Of a stretch of 64,000 nucleotides of DNA, positions 28,703 through 39,061 are shown in pieces. The stretch spans positions 27,680-91,679 of the forward strand of contig JBBQAJ010000001.1 in NCBI GenBank assembly GCA_038316195.1, read 5' to 3'. Positions within the stretch are counted from its first letter, which is position 1. Every line of letters starts with the position of its first letter. The notes beneath the pieces were generated by a model. The model had not been told where the DNA came from. It saw only the letters and a program-made list of their open reading frames with translations, and searched no databases. A program made the translations under genes and the position numbers. The stretch comes from Candidatus Saccharimonadales bacterium. Its GTDB lineage: Bacteria; Patescibacteriota; Saccharimonadia; Saccharimonadales; JBBQAJ01.

Positions 28703-29854
28703 ATGACGTATCATAGTAAAATGGATTTTGCAGAAAAAGCTTTGAAAAAACATAAAGAGCTTGGTGGAAAGATAGAAATTCACCTCAAAGAGAAGCTTGA
28801 TAGTATTGAAAAACTAAGTACATTTTACACACCTGGTGTTGCAGCTGTGAGTAGTTATGTGGCTGCTCATTTAAATGAAGCCAGAGACTATACATGGTTA
28901 AATAATTCTTTGGCTGTTGTTTCCGATGGTTCAGCTGTTCTAGGTCTTGGAAACATTGGTCCCTTTGGAGCACTACCAGTTATGGAAGGAAAATCCATGC
29001 TTTTCAAACATTTTGCAGGGATAGATGCAGTTCCGATTGTATTAGACGTGCATAAGCCAGAGGAAATAGTAGCTGCAATTGTAGCGATAGCTCCAAGTTT
29101 TGGAGCAATAAATTTAGAAGATATAGCTTCACCACAATGTTTTTATATTGAAGAGGAATTGAAATCTGCCCTAGATATCCCAGTAATGCATGACGACCAG
29201 CATGGGACGGCGATTGTGGTACTAGCGGGTTTAATTAATGCCATGAAAGTAGTTGGTAAAAACTTACATGAGTGCAGAATAGTAATAGCCGGTGCCGGAG
29301 CTGCCGGGACGGCAGTTGTCAAACTATTGGATGTATACGCAAAACCAATGATGTTGGTAGTTGATAGCCAAGGTATAGTTAGCCGAAATCGTGATGGTTT
29401 GACTCTTGAAAAAAGAGAACTACTAAGTTTTACAAATGCCAACGGACTTGATGGAAGTCTTGAAGATGCATTGTACAATGCAGACATATTTATTGGAGTT
29501 TCCAAAGCTGGATTGCTGACACGAGATATGGTCAAAACGATGGCAAAAGACCCTGTAATTTTTGCTATGGCAAACCCTATGCCAGAAATAATGCCAGCAG
29601 AAGCAAAAATGGCAGGCGCTGCTGTTGTTGCTACGGGAAGAAGTGATTTCCCAAACCAGGTCAACAATGCTCTTGCGTTTCCTGGCATATTTCGAGGCGC
29701 CCTAGACAATCGAGTAAATAGAATCTCTGTTCAACACAAAATCGCAACAGCTGAAGTTATCGCAAGATTGGTCGAGAACCCTACAGCAAATAACATTATA
29801 CCTAGTATATTAGACACTCGACTAGTGCCTGCTATTTCGAAAGTAATAATTTAG
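28703..29854 (+). CDS. NAD(P)-dependent malic enzyme (small ~380-aa form)
   Basis: FYTPGVAAV, VVSDGSAVLGLGNIGP, and Rossmann motif IAGAGAAG. Start taken at the internal Met (MTYHSK...) to avoid overlap with rplS. Confidence 0.8.
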   Translation: MTYHSKMDFAEKALKKHKELGGKIEIHLKEKLDSIEKLSTFYTPGVAAVSSYVAAHLNEARDYTWLNNSLAVVSDGSAVLGLGNIGPFGALPVMEGKSMLFKHFAGIDAVPIVLDVHKPEEIVAAIVAIAPSFGAINLEDIASPQCFYIEEELKSALDIPVMHDDQHGTAIVVLAGLINAMKVVGKNLHECRIVIAGAGAAGTAVVKLLDVYAKPMMLVVDSQGIVSRNRDGLTLEKRELLSFTNANGLDGSLEDALYNADIFIGVSKAGLLTRDMVKTMAKDPVIFAMANPMPEIMPAEAKMAGAAVVATGRSDFPNQVNNALAFPGIFRGALDNRVNRISVQHKIATAEVIARLVENPTANNIIPSILDTRLVPAISKVII

Positions 29855-29860
29855 TTAAAA

Positions 29861-31459
29861 TCAACCAATGACTCGATAGATTTCTTCAAGTGTTGTCTGG
29901 CCTGCTATAACTTTCAGAATCCCGTTTTGTAACATAGTCGTCATTCCACTTGCTATTGCTGCGGCCTCAATTTCCTGAGTAGTAGGTGGCTTAGGGCTAC
30001 TCATTACCTGAGCAACTTGACCTTTCATGGTGAACTGCTCTCTTAATGCCAATTGTCCACTAAACCCAAAGGGATTTTCGGGTGATGAAGTTGGCTTATA
30101 TAACTTAAGACCCTCTAAAGATGGTTTTTGCACATTTGCAGGCAGTGTATCCACTATTTCTTTTATTTTCGCTAATGTAGCTTCGTCGGGCTGATAAGCT
30201 TGCTTTGAATTATCATCAAGCTTTCTGACAAGTCTCTGAGCCATTACAAGCCTAATCGCAGAAACAAACAATGGGTTTTGACCGATCACATCCACCATTC
30301 TCGTAAGTGCTGCAGCAGCGGAGCTTGCGTGATATGTAGACAGTACCAAATGACCCGTAAGTGCAGCTTGTAAGGCCGTTTTTGCTGTGTCACTATCACG
30401 AATTTCGCCAACCATTACTATGTCGGGATCCAACCGTAACACCGCACGTAGCTTGTTGGCAAAATTGGTTTCCTGGGAATTTTGAGTAGTAACTGAAATC
30501 TGAGTTATTCCAGCGAATTGATATTCAACTGGGTCTTCAACAGTAATAATTTTTCGTTCTTCTGAATTGAGGCTGTTGAGCATTGAATAAAGCGTGGTAG
30601 TTTTTCCAGATCCAGTTGGACCTACAGCTAAAACAAGTCCACTTGGCTTTGATATAATCTCATCAACAATCTGCCGTTCCTCAGTTGATAAACCCAGACG
30701 ATCCAATGTATACATGGTTTGGTCCATGTTGAATAAACGCATAACTACGTCAATTCCGTTTATTGTCGGTACCGTCTCTAACCGAACATTTACATCGACT
30801 TCAGCGCCGTCTGCCATTTTTACTACTTGTGCAATATGTCCCTGTTGAGCATCTGGCGCAGAAGTAGAAACATTCCCTGCGCTAGCAATTGCAGAAATCA
30901 GTACTCGGTATTTTTCAGTACTAAGTTTTGCGACTACATGCAAGACTCCGTCTACCCGAAACCTAATTCTTACATATTGTTTCTGGCTTTCTAAGTGAAT
31001 ATCCGAAGCATTCAATTTATGCGCTTGCTTAACTAGATAAGCCAACATATCATCCGCGCGCACTTGCTCCAGAGTTGAAGAAACTCGTTCTATAAGATTT
31101 TGGTCCCCGGTCTGATTGAGTGCGATATCATGATACTCAATAATTTTTGGTGGGTCATAAAGTTTCATATACTCACGATAGCCCGTGTCTGAAATGAGCA
31201 TAAAAGTGACTCTTTGATCCAAAAACTGTTGTCTCATTTGGGTCATTGTTTGCTGTGAAGTTGTGTTAGTTACTCCAAAAGTAACGCTATGAGCATCTGA
31301 AGATAAAGGCACAATCCTCAGACTGTACATGTCTTGATTACTCAAAATTTCCTTAAATAACGTTTTTTCTGTATTCGAAGTATCGGTATATTGCAGGTTT
31401 AAAATTTGTGCACGTCGCTGCGTATTGTTTTCTTCATCTCGTCTTGCGTCTTGTGACAT
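29861..31459 (-). CDS. Type II/IV secretion family ATPase (PilB/GspE-like)
   Basis: Walker A GPTGSGKTTT, Asp box, Walker B and His box present. An N-terminal GSPII-like domain is present. Confidence 0.8.
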   Translation of the reverse strand: MSQDARRDEENNTQRRAQILNLQYTDTSNTEKTLFKEILSNQDMYSLRIVPLSSDAHSVTFGVTNTTSQQTMTQMRQQFLDQRVTFMLISDTGYREYMKLYDPPKIIEYHDIALNQTGDQNLIERVSSTLEQVRADDMLAYLVKQAHKLNASDIHLESQKQYVRIRFRVDGVLHVVAKLSTEKYRVLISAIASAGNVSTSAPDAQQGHIAQVVKMADGAEVDVNVRLETVPTINGIDVVMRLFNMDQTMYTLDRLGLSTEERQIVDEIISKPSGLVLAVGPTGSGKTTTLYSMLNSLNSEERKIITVEDPVEYQFAGITQISVTTQNSQETNFANKLRAVLRLDPDIVMVGEIRDSDTAKTALQAALTGHLVLSTYHASSAAAALTRMVDVIGQNPLFVSAIRLVMAQRLVRKLDDNSKQAYQPDEATLAKIKEIVDTLPANVQKPSLEGLKLYKPTSSPENPFGFSGQLALREQFTMKGQVAQVMSSPKPPTTQEIEAAAIASGMTTMLQNGILKVIAGQTTLEEIYRVIG

Positions 31460-31553
31460 ACGCCTATTATAACCATAAGCTCCTCTAGCTGGAAGCTAAA
31501 AGTTGAAATTGAGAATACTTTTACTTTTAGGTAATTGTCATTAGACTTGTAAC

Positions 31554-32051
31554 ATGCGTAATATAGTTTTAATCGCTCATAATTTAAGAAGTTGCCATAA
31601 TGTTGGATCTTTGCTAAGGACAGCAGATGGTTTGGGTGTTAAAAAAGTATACTTAACTGGCTACACTCCCTACCCAATGCACCCAAAAGATAATCGGTTA
31701 CCACATATAGCTCTAAAACTTCATAATAAAATTCAAAAAACTGCACTTGGCGCAGAACAAAAAGATCATTGGGAGTATTTCGATGAAATAAATCCAATTT
31801 TAAATAGACTTAAAAAAGAAAAATTCATTATTGTTGCACTTGAGCAATCAAATAATTCGGTTCAAATAAACAAATGGAACCCTCCTTCAAATATTGCTAT
31901 AGTATTGGGCCGTGAGACATTTGGGATTGAACAAGAAGTTTTGGATCAGTGCAATATAGTCCTTGAAATTCCAATGTTTGGTCGTAAAGAGTCATTCAAT
32001 GTAGTTCAAGCAGCCGCGATGGCACTTTTCTATACAAGATTTACAAAATAA
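31554..32051 (+). CDS. SpoU/TrmH-family RNA 2'-O-methyltransferase
   Basis: SPOUT motifs: HNVGSLLRTADGLG, and IVLGRETFGI...N.....E.P. Confidence 0.7.
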   Translation: MRNIVLIAHNLRSCHNVGSLLRTADGLGVKKVYLTGYTPYPMHPKDNRLPHIALKLHNKIQKTALGAEQKDHWEYFDEINPILNRLKKEKFIIVALEQSNNSVQINKWNPPSNIAIVLGRETFGIEQEVLDQCNIVLEIPMFGRKESFNVVQAAAMALFYTRFTK

Positions 32052-32075
32052 TACAAAGCATATACACTTTTATAT

Positions 32076-33056
32076 ATGGCAAATAGGCCGCATAACTTTC
32101 GAGCACTTAGCAAACCAAAAAAAATTAGCAAAAAAGACCAAAGACATTACTTACCTTACTTGCCTTTGTTAATTTTTGTTGTTGGTACATTTTTACTTAG
32201 CTTAATCCAACCTCTTCAGAAAACTGGGGTACTAGCATATGGCACAGACTTAAGTACAAGTGGGTTATTGCAATCAACTAATGAGAAGCGAGCTCAAAAC
32301 GGAGCAGGAAGTTTGCGAATTAATAGCTCGCTAAATGCAGCGGCTCAATCAAAAGCCAATGATATGATAGCAAGAAACTACTGGGCACATGTAACGCCTG
32401 ACGGCCAGCAACCTTGGGTTTTTATGGACAGCGCGGGATATAAATACCAAAAGGCAGGAGAAAATTTAGCATATGGATTTGCGACAAGTAGCGACACTAT
32501 TACTGGCTGGATGAATAGCCAAACGCACAAAGACAATATGCTAGATACAGCTTTTAGTGAAGTTGGTTTTGGATTTGCAAACGGAGCTGATTTTAACAAT
32601 AATGGAAAAGAGACTGTAGTTGTTGCAATGTATGGGAGACCCCAGGTTTTGGGAACCAGTAACGTATCAACCCAACCCACTGCTACAACACCTGTACAAT
32701 CTGCCACAAAAGTAAGTGCAGACACAAAACCAGCCGATACATCACAACCAACGCCAACTCAACTTGCCCCTACTCCTGTCACAACGGATTCTAAAGATAT
32801 TATTGAACCTAAATCGGTACCAGTTGCTAGAGTACAAACCTTAACCAAAGGGCGAGCTCCGTGGGCCTTATTTGGCGTCGGATTGATCACAGGTCTCGCC
32901 GTTATGATGATATTAGTGAAACATGCAGCAGCTTTGCGTCATCTTCTAAGAAATAGTGAGAAGTTCGTATTACATCATCCACTTTTGGATTCAGTTTTGG
33001 TTAGCATGGTTCTGTTTGGAAGTTTTTTATTGCAAACAACTGGGTTTATACGCTAA
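32076..33056 (+). CDS. Secreted CAP/SCP/PR1-domain protein with Thr/Pro-rich linker and C-terminal TM anchor
   Basis: NYWAHVTPDG, GENLAYGF and GHYTQVVW-like motifs. N-terminal TM or signal. C-terminal hydrophobic helix. Confidence 0.7.
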   Translation: MANRPHNFRALSKPKKISKKDQRHYLPYLPLLIFVVGTFLLSLIQPLQKTGVLAYGTDLSTSGLLQSTNEKRAQNGAGSLRINSSLNAAAQSKANDMIARNYWAHVTPDGQQPWVFMDSAGYKYQKAGENLAYGFATSSDTITGWMNSQTHKDNMLDTAFSEVGFGFANGADFNNNGKETVVVAMYGRPQVLGTSNVSTQPTATTPVQSATKVSADTKPADTSQPTPTQLAPTPVTTDSKDIIEPKSVPVARVQTLTKGRAPWALFGVGLITGLAVMMILVKHAAALRHLLRNSEKFVLHHPLLDSVLVSMVLFGSFLLQTTGFIR

Positions 33057-33063
33057 ATCAGTT

Positions 33064-36000
33064 TTATTGCATACGGACATGGTCATGTCCAATCAATGAT
33101 TGAAGTTCACTAAGCCCAGTTTCGTGAGCAATTCGATTTGGAAGTCGTATAATCTGTTTATCGTTTTTGCCTATAACTAGAACAACTTCAGTATCTCCTG
33201 GGTGAGCATCAATTGTTTGCTTCAATGAAACTAGTTCGGATTGGTTCGAGCTAGTCTCAAGCCTGATATAGACTCTAGATGGACTTGATTCTGCTTTTGT
33301 ATTTTTTGATATATTTTTCTTTGTGGTAGTTTTTATAGTTTTTGGCTTTGAGCCAGTTGCTTGATATGCAATCGCTTGTTCGTGAGTAATTTCTCTTGCA
33401 TCATCTACTAAAAGTTTCAATTCTTCAGTTAAATTTCCTTGTTTGTCCTTTAAGCTTACTTTACCATTAGCAAGAACTATTTTATCTCTTTCCCATATGC
33501 CTGTTGTCTGTTGAAAAATTCCTGGGAAAAGTACAAGTTCAATTTCTCCGAATTGATCTGCTATTTTTACAAATGCCATTTTCTGACCGTTCTTTGTGAC
33601 AATTTCCCTCACGTCGGTAATGGAACCACCTACTTTAGCTGATTTGCCGTCATGCTCGGATTTAATAGAATTTAATGCTACTGACTGTTCTGATAAAATT
33701 GCTTCAAATTGTTTCAACGGATGTTGGCTTAAATATAATCCAAGCAATTCTCTTTCCCACAATAGTTGCTGTCTTTGATCAAAGATTTCAACATCGGTAT
33801 TTATTACTATTTTGGGCTTTTCAGAACCTAATTTTGAATTTCCAAATAAATCAGTTTGCCCACTACTTGCCTCTTTTTGAATTTTGTTTGCAAAAGCAAT
33901 GAATATTTCTATATTACCAAGCAAAATATGTCTTTCACCCAAACTGTCAAAAGCCCCTGCTTTGAAAAGACTTTCAAGCGATTTTTTATTTACCATCCGA
34001 ACATTAACTTTCGCAAAAAATTCTTCAATAGTTTTAAATTCACCGTTTTCTTCTCGAGCGCGTAAAATTTCTTCAACAGCACCACTGCCAACGTTTTTTA
34101 CAGCCCTCAACCCAAATCTAATCTTGTTTTTACCGGGTACTACTGAGAATTCTTCAAAAGATTCATTTACATCCGGTTGTAACACTTCAATGCCCATGTG
34201 TTTGCATTCAGTTATTTCTATGGCTAATCGATCAATATCATCAAAGTCACTTGTCATTAGTGCGGCCATAAAAACATCTGGGTAATTTGCCTTTAAGTAT
34301 GCTGTCCAATACGCAATTAGTGCATAACAAGACGAATGAGCTTTTGGAAATGCATATGACGCAAACGCCTCCAACTGTGACCAGAATTTTTCCATTAAGT
34401 TTCTATCAGCACCTACTGTCTTAATTGCGCCTTCTATAAATTCCGTCTTGAATTTTGCAAGAACTGCCGGAATTTTTTTACCAATACCTTTTCGTAAACT
34501 GTCTGCTTGACCACCTGTAAACCCACACATTTCTTTACTAATTTGCATAACTTGTTCTTGGTAAACTATAATTCCATACGTAGTTTTTAACGCAGGCTCC
34601 ATTGCTGGGTGCAAATAGGTTATAGCTTTGGCGCCATGTTTCCTTAAAATAAAATCTTCAATCCATTGCATGGGCCCGGGTCTGTAAAGAGCATTCATGG
34701 CGATCAAATCTTCAAAAACAGTTGGCTGTAATTGTTTGAGGTAGCGTTTCATGCCAGATGATTCAAACTGGAACAGCCCAGTTGTGTCACCATTTTGAAA
34801 TAATTTGAATGTTTTTCCGTCATCTAACGGAATGTTTTCGACTAGCAAATCTATTCCATGAACTTTTTTAATCGTACGGAGGGCGTTCTTAATAATAGTC
34901 AAGTTAGACAAGCCCAAAAAATCCATTTTAAGCAATCCTAGTTCCTCTATGGGGCCCATAGAATATTGAGTCGTTATAGTTCCTTTTTGGGCAATTTCAA
35001 GTGGGGAATATTTTACTAATGAATCTGGTGCAATCACAACTCCAGCAGCATGTACACCGTGCGAACGAATTGTACCCTCCAATCTAACTGCTTGATCCAG
35101 AACTTTTTTAGAAACCTGGTTTGAATTGTATTCCGACTTTAATTGATCATTTTCAACTAATGAAGTTGCTAGGGGTATATGTCTGCCTTGTACGGGTGGT
35201 GGTATCATTTTCGCTAGACGGTCTGCATCTGAGTACGGTACTTGTAAAACTCTTGCAACATCGCGAACAGCATTCCTTGCCTGCATTCGGCCAAAAGTAA
35301 CGATATTCGCAACTCTATCAGAACCATATTTTTCAATACAATATTCAATTACTTCATCCCGTCGTGTGTCCTGTATATCAATATCAATGTCTGGCATTGA
35401 AATACGATCGGGATTTAGAAATCTTTCAAAAAGAAGATCGTATTTTAAAGGGTCTAACTCAGTAATGTTCAGTGCATATGAAATAATCGAACCAGCAGCG
35501 GAACCCCTACCTGGACCAAAAACAATGCCCATACCCTTGCCCCAATTTATAAAATCTTGAATTATTAAAAAATATCCATTAAAGCCCATTTGTCCAATAA
35601 CTCCAAGCTCATATTTTGCCCGAGTTTTTACGACTTTTGGAATTTTATCCATAGCTTCTTCTTGGCTAAGCTCAAAGGATTTTTTTTGACTTACTTCGCC
35701 ATAGCGCCAGGCTAGACCCTGATATACTAGTTCCTGCAAATAACTTTTTTCTGTTTTTCCTTTTGGAACTTTGAATTTTGGAATTAATATCTTACCTAAA
35801 TCTATTTCCAAACTACACCTTTCGGCGATTATTTTAGTGTTTCTAATAACTTCAGGATAATCCGTCCCCCAACGAGAAATTATTTCTTTTGGTGGGGTAA
35901 CATGCAGTGGAAACTGTTTCAGACTCATTCTTTTTTCATCAGCCAAAAATGATCCAGTGCCAACGCAAAGTAAAATCTCATGTGCGTCCTGGTCTTCGTG

Positions 36001-36675
36001 TCGTAAGTAATGAGCATCAGACGTTATTACTACTTCTATTTTTAATTCCTTACCTAGCTTTAATACTTTTTCATTTATATCTTGCTGCTCTTGATTGTGC
36101 ATAGGATTTTTTGGGTGGCCATGATCTTGTATTTCTAAGTAATATCTGTCGCCAAATATACTTTTATACCAAATAGCGATTTCTTTTGCTTGTTCGTATT
36201 GATTTTGTTTTAAAGCATTTCCAATTTCTCCTCCCATACATCCACTCAGCACAATAAGACCATCACTAAGTTTTTCTAATAGATCATGGTCAACTCGAGG
36301 ATAATAATAAAATCCTTCCAAATTTGCTGTTGTGCTGAGCTGCATTAAATTTAAATAACCAATTTGATTTATAGCTAAAACTATCAAATGGAACCTAGCT
36401 TTGTCTTGCGAGGGGTCTTTGTCAGTAAGTTTTCTTGTTGCTACATATGTTTCTATGCCAATTATTGGCTTAATTTCGTGGTTTATAGCTTCTTTATAAA
36501 AATCAATAGCCCCTGACATAGTCCCATGGTCGGTCATAGCAACCGCAGACATTCCAGAGTCAACAACCAAATCCATCAGTTCATCAATTTTTGTTAACCC
36601 GTCCAATAAACTGTACTGAGTGTGGTTGTGCAAATGAACAAAATCAGCTGCAGTCAGCGAACTGTCATTGGCCAT
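33064..36675 (-). CDS. dnaE: DNA polymerase III alpha subunit
   Basis: PHP domain (HLHNHTQYSLLDG), polymerase core, OB fold. 1203 aa. Confidence 0.9.
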   Translation of the reverse strand: MANDSSLTAADFVHLHNHTQYSLLDGLTKIDELMDLVVDSGMSAVAMTDHGTMSGAIDFYKEAINHEIKPIIGIETYVATRKLTDKDPSQDKARFHLIVLAINQIGYLNLMQLSTTANLEGFYYYPRVDHDLLEKLSDGLIVLSGCMGGEIGNALKQNQYEQAKEIAIWYKSIFGDRYYLEIQDHGHPKNPMHNQEQQDINEKVLKLGKELKIEVVITSDAHYLRHEDQDAHEILLCVGTGSFLADEKRMSLKQFPLHVTPPKEIISRWGTDYPEVIRNTKIIAERCSLEIDLGKILIPKFKVPKGKTEKSYLQELVYQGLAWRYGEVSQKKSFELSQEEAMDKIPKVVKTRAKYELGVIGQMGFNGYFLIIQDFINWGKGMGIVFGPGRGSAAGSIISYALNITELDPLKYDLLFERFLNPDRISMPDIDIDIQDTRRDEVIEYCIEKYGSDRVANIVTFGRMQARNAVRDVARVLQVPYSDADRLAKMIPPPVQGRHIPLATSLVENDQLKSEYNSNQVSKKVLDQAVRLEGTIRSHGVHAAGVVIAPDSLVKYSPLEIAQKGTITTQYSMGPIEELGLLKMDFLGLSNLTIIKNALRTIKKVHGIDLLVENIPLDDGKTFKLFQNGDTTGLFQFESSGMKRYLKQLQPTVFEDLIAMNALYRPGPMQWIEDFILRKHGAKAITYLHPAMEPALKTTYGIIVYQEQVMQISKEMCGFTGGQADSLRKGIGKKIPAVLAKFKTEFIEGAIKTVGADRNLMEKFWSQLEAFASYAFPKAHSSCYALIAYWTAYLKANYPDVFMAALMTSDFDDIDRLAIEITECKHMGIEVLQPDVNESFEEFSVVPGKNKIRFGLRAVKNVGSGAVEEILRAREENGEFKTIEEFFAKVNVRMVNKKSLESLFKAGAFDSLGERHILLGNIEIFIAFANKIQKEASSGQTDLFGNSKLGSEKPKIVINTDVEIFDQRQQLLWERELLGLYLSQHPLKQFEAILSEQSVALNSIKSEHDGKSAKVGGSITDVREIVTKNGQKMAFVKIADQFGEIELVLFPGIFQQTTGIWERDKIVLANGKVSLKDKQGNLTEELKLLVDDAREITHEQAIAYQATGSKPKTIKTTTKKNISKNTKAESSPSRVYIRLETSSNQSELVSLKQTIDAHPGDTEVVLVIGKNDKQIIRLPNRIAHETGLSELQSLIGHDHVRMQ

Positions 36676-37080
36676 TTAAGCTTTTTTATTTACAAATTTT
36701 TTCAGGTGAGTAGTAGCTTTTTTAACATCGTCGATAGCTTGTTGTAAGTCTTTATCATCAGCTTCACCTTCATGAACTGCTGACAAGAGTAATTTTGCTT
36801 TTTTACCTACTTTTTCTGCATTTGAATGGGCTTTTGTAAATTCGACACTTACTTTGCTTTTTGATTTTTCAACAATATTAGAGGCATCACCGAGTAATTT
36901 ATTTAAATCACTGTGTGCTTGTTTTAATTTACGTTCAGCTTCATTTTTTACATTTGCAGCGGCTTGTTGAATGTCTTTTCTAGTGTCTTTTCCACTTTTT
37001 GGAGCAGTTAACAAACCTACAATATATCCTGCCCCAGCAACTAAAACAGTCCCGATTGCAAAATTACGTTTTTTTGTCAT
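36676..37080 (-). CDS. YtxH-like general-stress membrane protein
   Basis: N-terminal TM plus LTAPKSGKDTRKD. Remainder is coiled-coil-rich. Confidence 0.5.
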   Translation of the reverse strand: MTKKRNFAIGTVLVAGAGYIVGLLTAPKSGKDTRKDIQQAAANVKNEAERKLKQAHSDLNKLLGDASNIVEKSKSKVSVEFTKAHSNAEKVGKKAKLLLSAVHEGEADDKDLQQAIDDVKKATTHLKKFVNKKA

Positions 37081-37082
37081 GA

Positions 37083-37349
37083 TTAGTCCTTTTTAGATTT
37101 CTTGTTATGCTTATAAACAGCGTCGCTAATATTTGAGAAAAACTTACCAATAGCAACAGGTCCTGCAGTATATTTGAAAAATTCTCCAACACTTTCTGCA
37201 GTGTTTGCTATTTTTTCAGCTTTTTCGGAGATAGTCTTGAGATGATTTAGGATCTGAATTGTTTTTATAGTAGCGAAAATAGCTAAAAGCAAAAATATTG
37301 CTAATGCAGATGATAAAATAACAACTAATACCTGTTCAGCATTCCCCAT
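37083..37349 (-). CDS. DUF948/YtxG-like small membrane protein
   Basis: 88 aa with a single TM. The stop overlaps the start region of the YtxH-like gene. Confidence 0.45.
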   Translation of the reverse strand: MGNAEQVLVVILSSALAIFLLLAIFATIKTIQILNHLKTISEKAEKIANTAESVGEFFKYTAGPVAIGKFFSNISDAVYKHNKKSKKD

Positions 37350-37358
37350 ATGTGCTTG

Positions 37359-38249
37359 TTATTGTATCACTTTTCTAAGATAATCGCGAAAATCATCTTT
37401 TATTTCGTCTCGTTGTAATGCAAAATCTACTACAGTTTTTAAATATTCCAATTTGTTTCCAGTATCATGGTATTTTGCGTTTTGAATCTCGGTCGCTATT
37501 ACCCTGCCACCCTGTCTAATGAGTTGCATTAAGGCATCATTTGCATACAGTTCATTTTCTGGTTTTAGATTTTCTGCAACTTTGTGGAGATGCTTAAAGA
37601 TTTCCGCAGTTAATAAAAATCCACCATTAGTTGCTTGATCTGAAGGGGCACTTTTTTGACCAGGTTTTTCAATAATGTTTTTAGCGTCAATTATCCCTTC
37701 TCGAAGTTTTTCACCGGAAGCATAACCATATCTCGTATAGTCTGATGAAAGATTTGCAGTAATTGTACCGACTACCGAACAGCCGAATTCGTTATAAACA
37801 TCTATCATTTGTTTAAACCTAACTGGATTTGCAACTATGAAGTCGTCACTCCAGGTATAGATAAATGGTTCATCGCCTATTAAGTGCTCTACGTTCAATA
37901 AAGGCGTACCATTTCCATATGGTCCTTTTTGACGGACGTAGGCAAAATTAGCTAGGTTTGAAACTTTTTTAGTGTTCTTAAGTAGTTCTATTTTACCCCC
38001 TTGGTTTAGATTGGCAATTAAATCTGCACTCATAGCATCAAAATGATCCTCGATTGAGCGTTTGTGGTATCCCGTAACAATAACTATGTCTTCAATTCCA
38101 GCTTCTACAAGTTCTTCAACAATATATTGAATAATGGGCTTATCTACAAGAGGAAGCATTTCTTTTGGCATAGCTTTTGTTTGTGGCAAAAAGCGCGTAC
38201 CAAAACCTGCCGCTGCAATTACTGCTTTTCGTACTTTTGGCTTATCCAT
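37359..38249 (-). CDS. galU: UTP--glucose-1-phosphate uridylyltransferase
   Basis: KAVIAAAGFGTRFLPQTKAMPKEMLP nucleotidyltransferase motif, and VEELVEAGIEDIV. Confidence 0.85.
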   Translation of the reverse strand: MDKPKVRKAVIAAAGFGTRFLPQTKAMPKEMLPLVDKPIIQYIVEELVEAGIEDIVIVTGYHKRSIEDHFDAMSADLIANLNQGGKIELLKNTKKVSNLANFAYVRQKGPYGNGTPLLNVEHLIGDEPFIYTWSDDFIVANPVRFKQMIDVYNEFGCSVVGTITANLSSDYTRYGYASGEKLREGIIDAKNIIEKPGQKSAPSDQATNGGFLLTAEIFKHLHKVAENLKPENELYANDALMQLIRQGGRVIATEIQNAKYHDTGNKLEYLKTVVDFALQRDEIKDDFRDYLRKVIQ

Positions 38250-38323
38250 TAAATAAATTGTATCACGATAATAAATTTATATTTTATTGCAATAACACAT
38301 AATCAGAGTATAATCAAACTTTA

Positions 38324-39061
38324 ATGAGCGAAATAATTAAACCATTACCCTGGCAAGACTTAGAAATAATTAAACCACGTGCAGAGAGGCATTATCGCGA
38401 TCTTCCTTTTCATGGATTTTCACACGCAATTGAAACATTCAATGAAGTTCGAGAGATAGCCGATGACTATGCGTCTCGTGGGATACCTTTAGAAGATGAC
38501 GAGATTAGAGATGCAGAAATAGGTATGCTATATCACGATGCGGATTTTTATGTTCCAATACATATTCATCATTTCAAAAGTAAAGAAGCATTCGCCAGAA
38601 GTATTATGGCCACCGAGCAACGAGAATTGGGAATGCCAGAAAAACGAATTCAACGAATTGGAGGTGGAATTTTAGGGACTCAATTAAATGTTACGCCGAA
38701 AACTCGGGTTGCTAAAGTAATGCGCCAAGCCGACCTAAGTAATGTGGCGAAACAGCCCCCTTTACAGGTTATCAGAAATTCTGTAAAGCTTTTTCGTGAA
38801 GATGAAGTTTTAAAACGAAGATATGGACATCATGGAACTATAAAAACAGATTTACTAAGTTTTGTTATCGGAAGCTACGGAGTAATGAGAGCATATAACA
38901 AGGACGACGTCTCGCTCGGGGCATTAGACCGTAACGACGATGGAAAAAGTAGTTTTGGAGAAATGCTCGAAACTGGTATGGAATGTTTTTTGCCTGTCAA
39001 AGCGTCAGAACTACTGCGAAAACTTGGATTGATTCCAGCCGAAACTGAACCTATAACTTAA
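38324..39061 (+). CDS. HD-domain phosphohydrolase-like protein
   Basis: H...HD...D pattern: FSHAIE...MLYHDADF. Confidence 0.5.
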   Translation: MSEIIKPLPWQDLEIIKPRAERHYRDLPFHGFSHAIETFNEVREIADDYASRGIPLEDDEIRDAEIGMLYHDADFYVPIHIHHFKSKEAFARSIMATEQRELGMPEKRIQRIGGGILGTQLNVTPKTRVAKVMRQADLSNVAKQPPLQVIRNSVKLFREDEVLKRRYGHHGTIKTDLLSFVIGSYGVMRAYNKDDVSLGALDRNDDGKSSFGEMLETGMECFLPVKASELLRKLGLIPAETEPIT

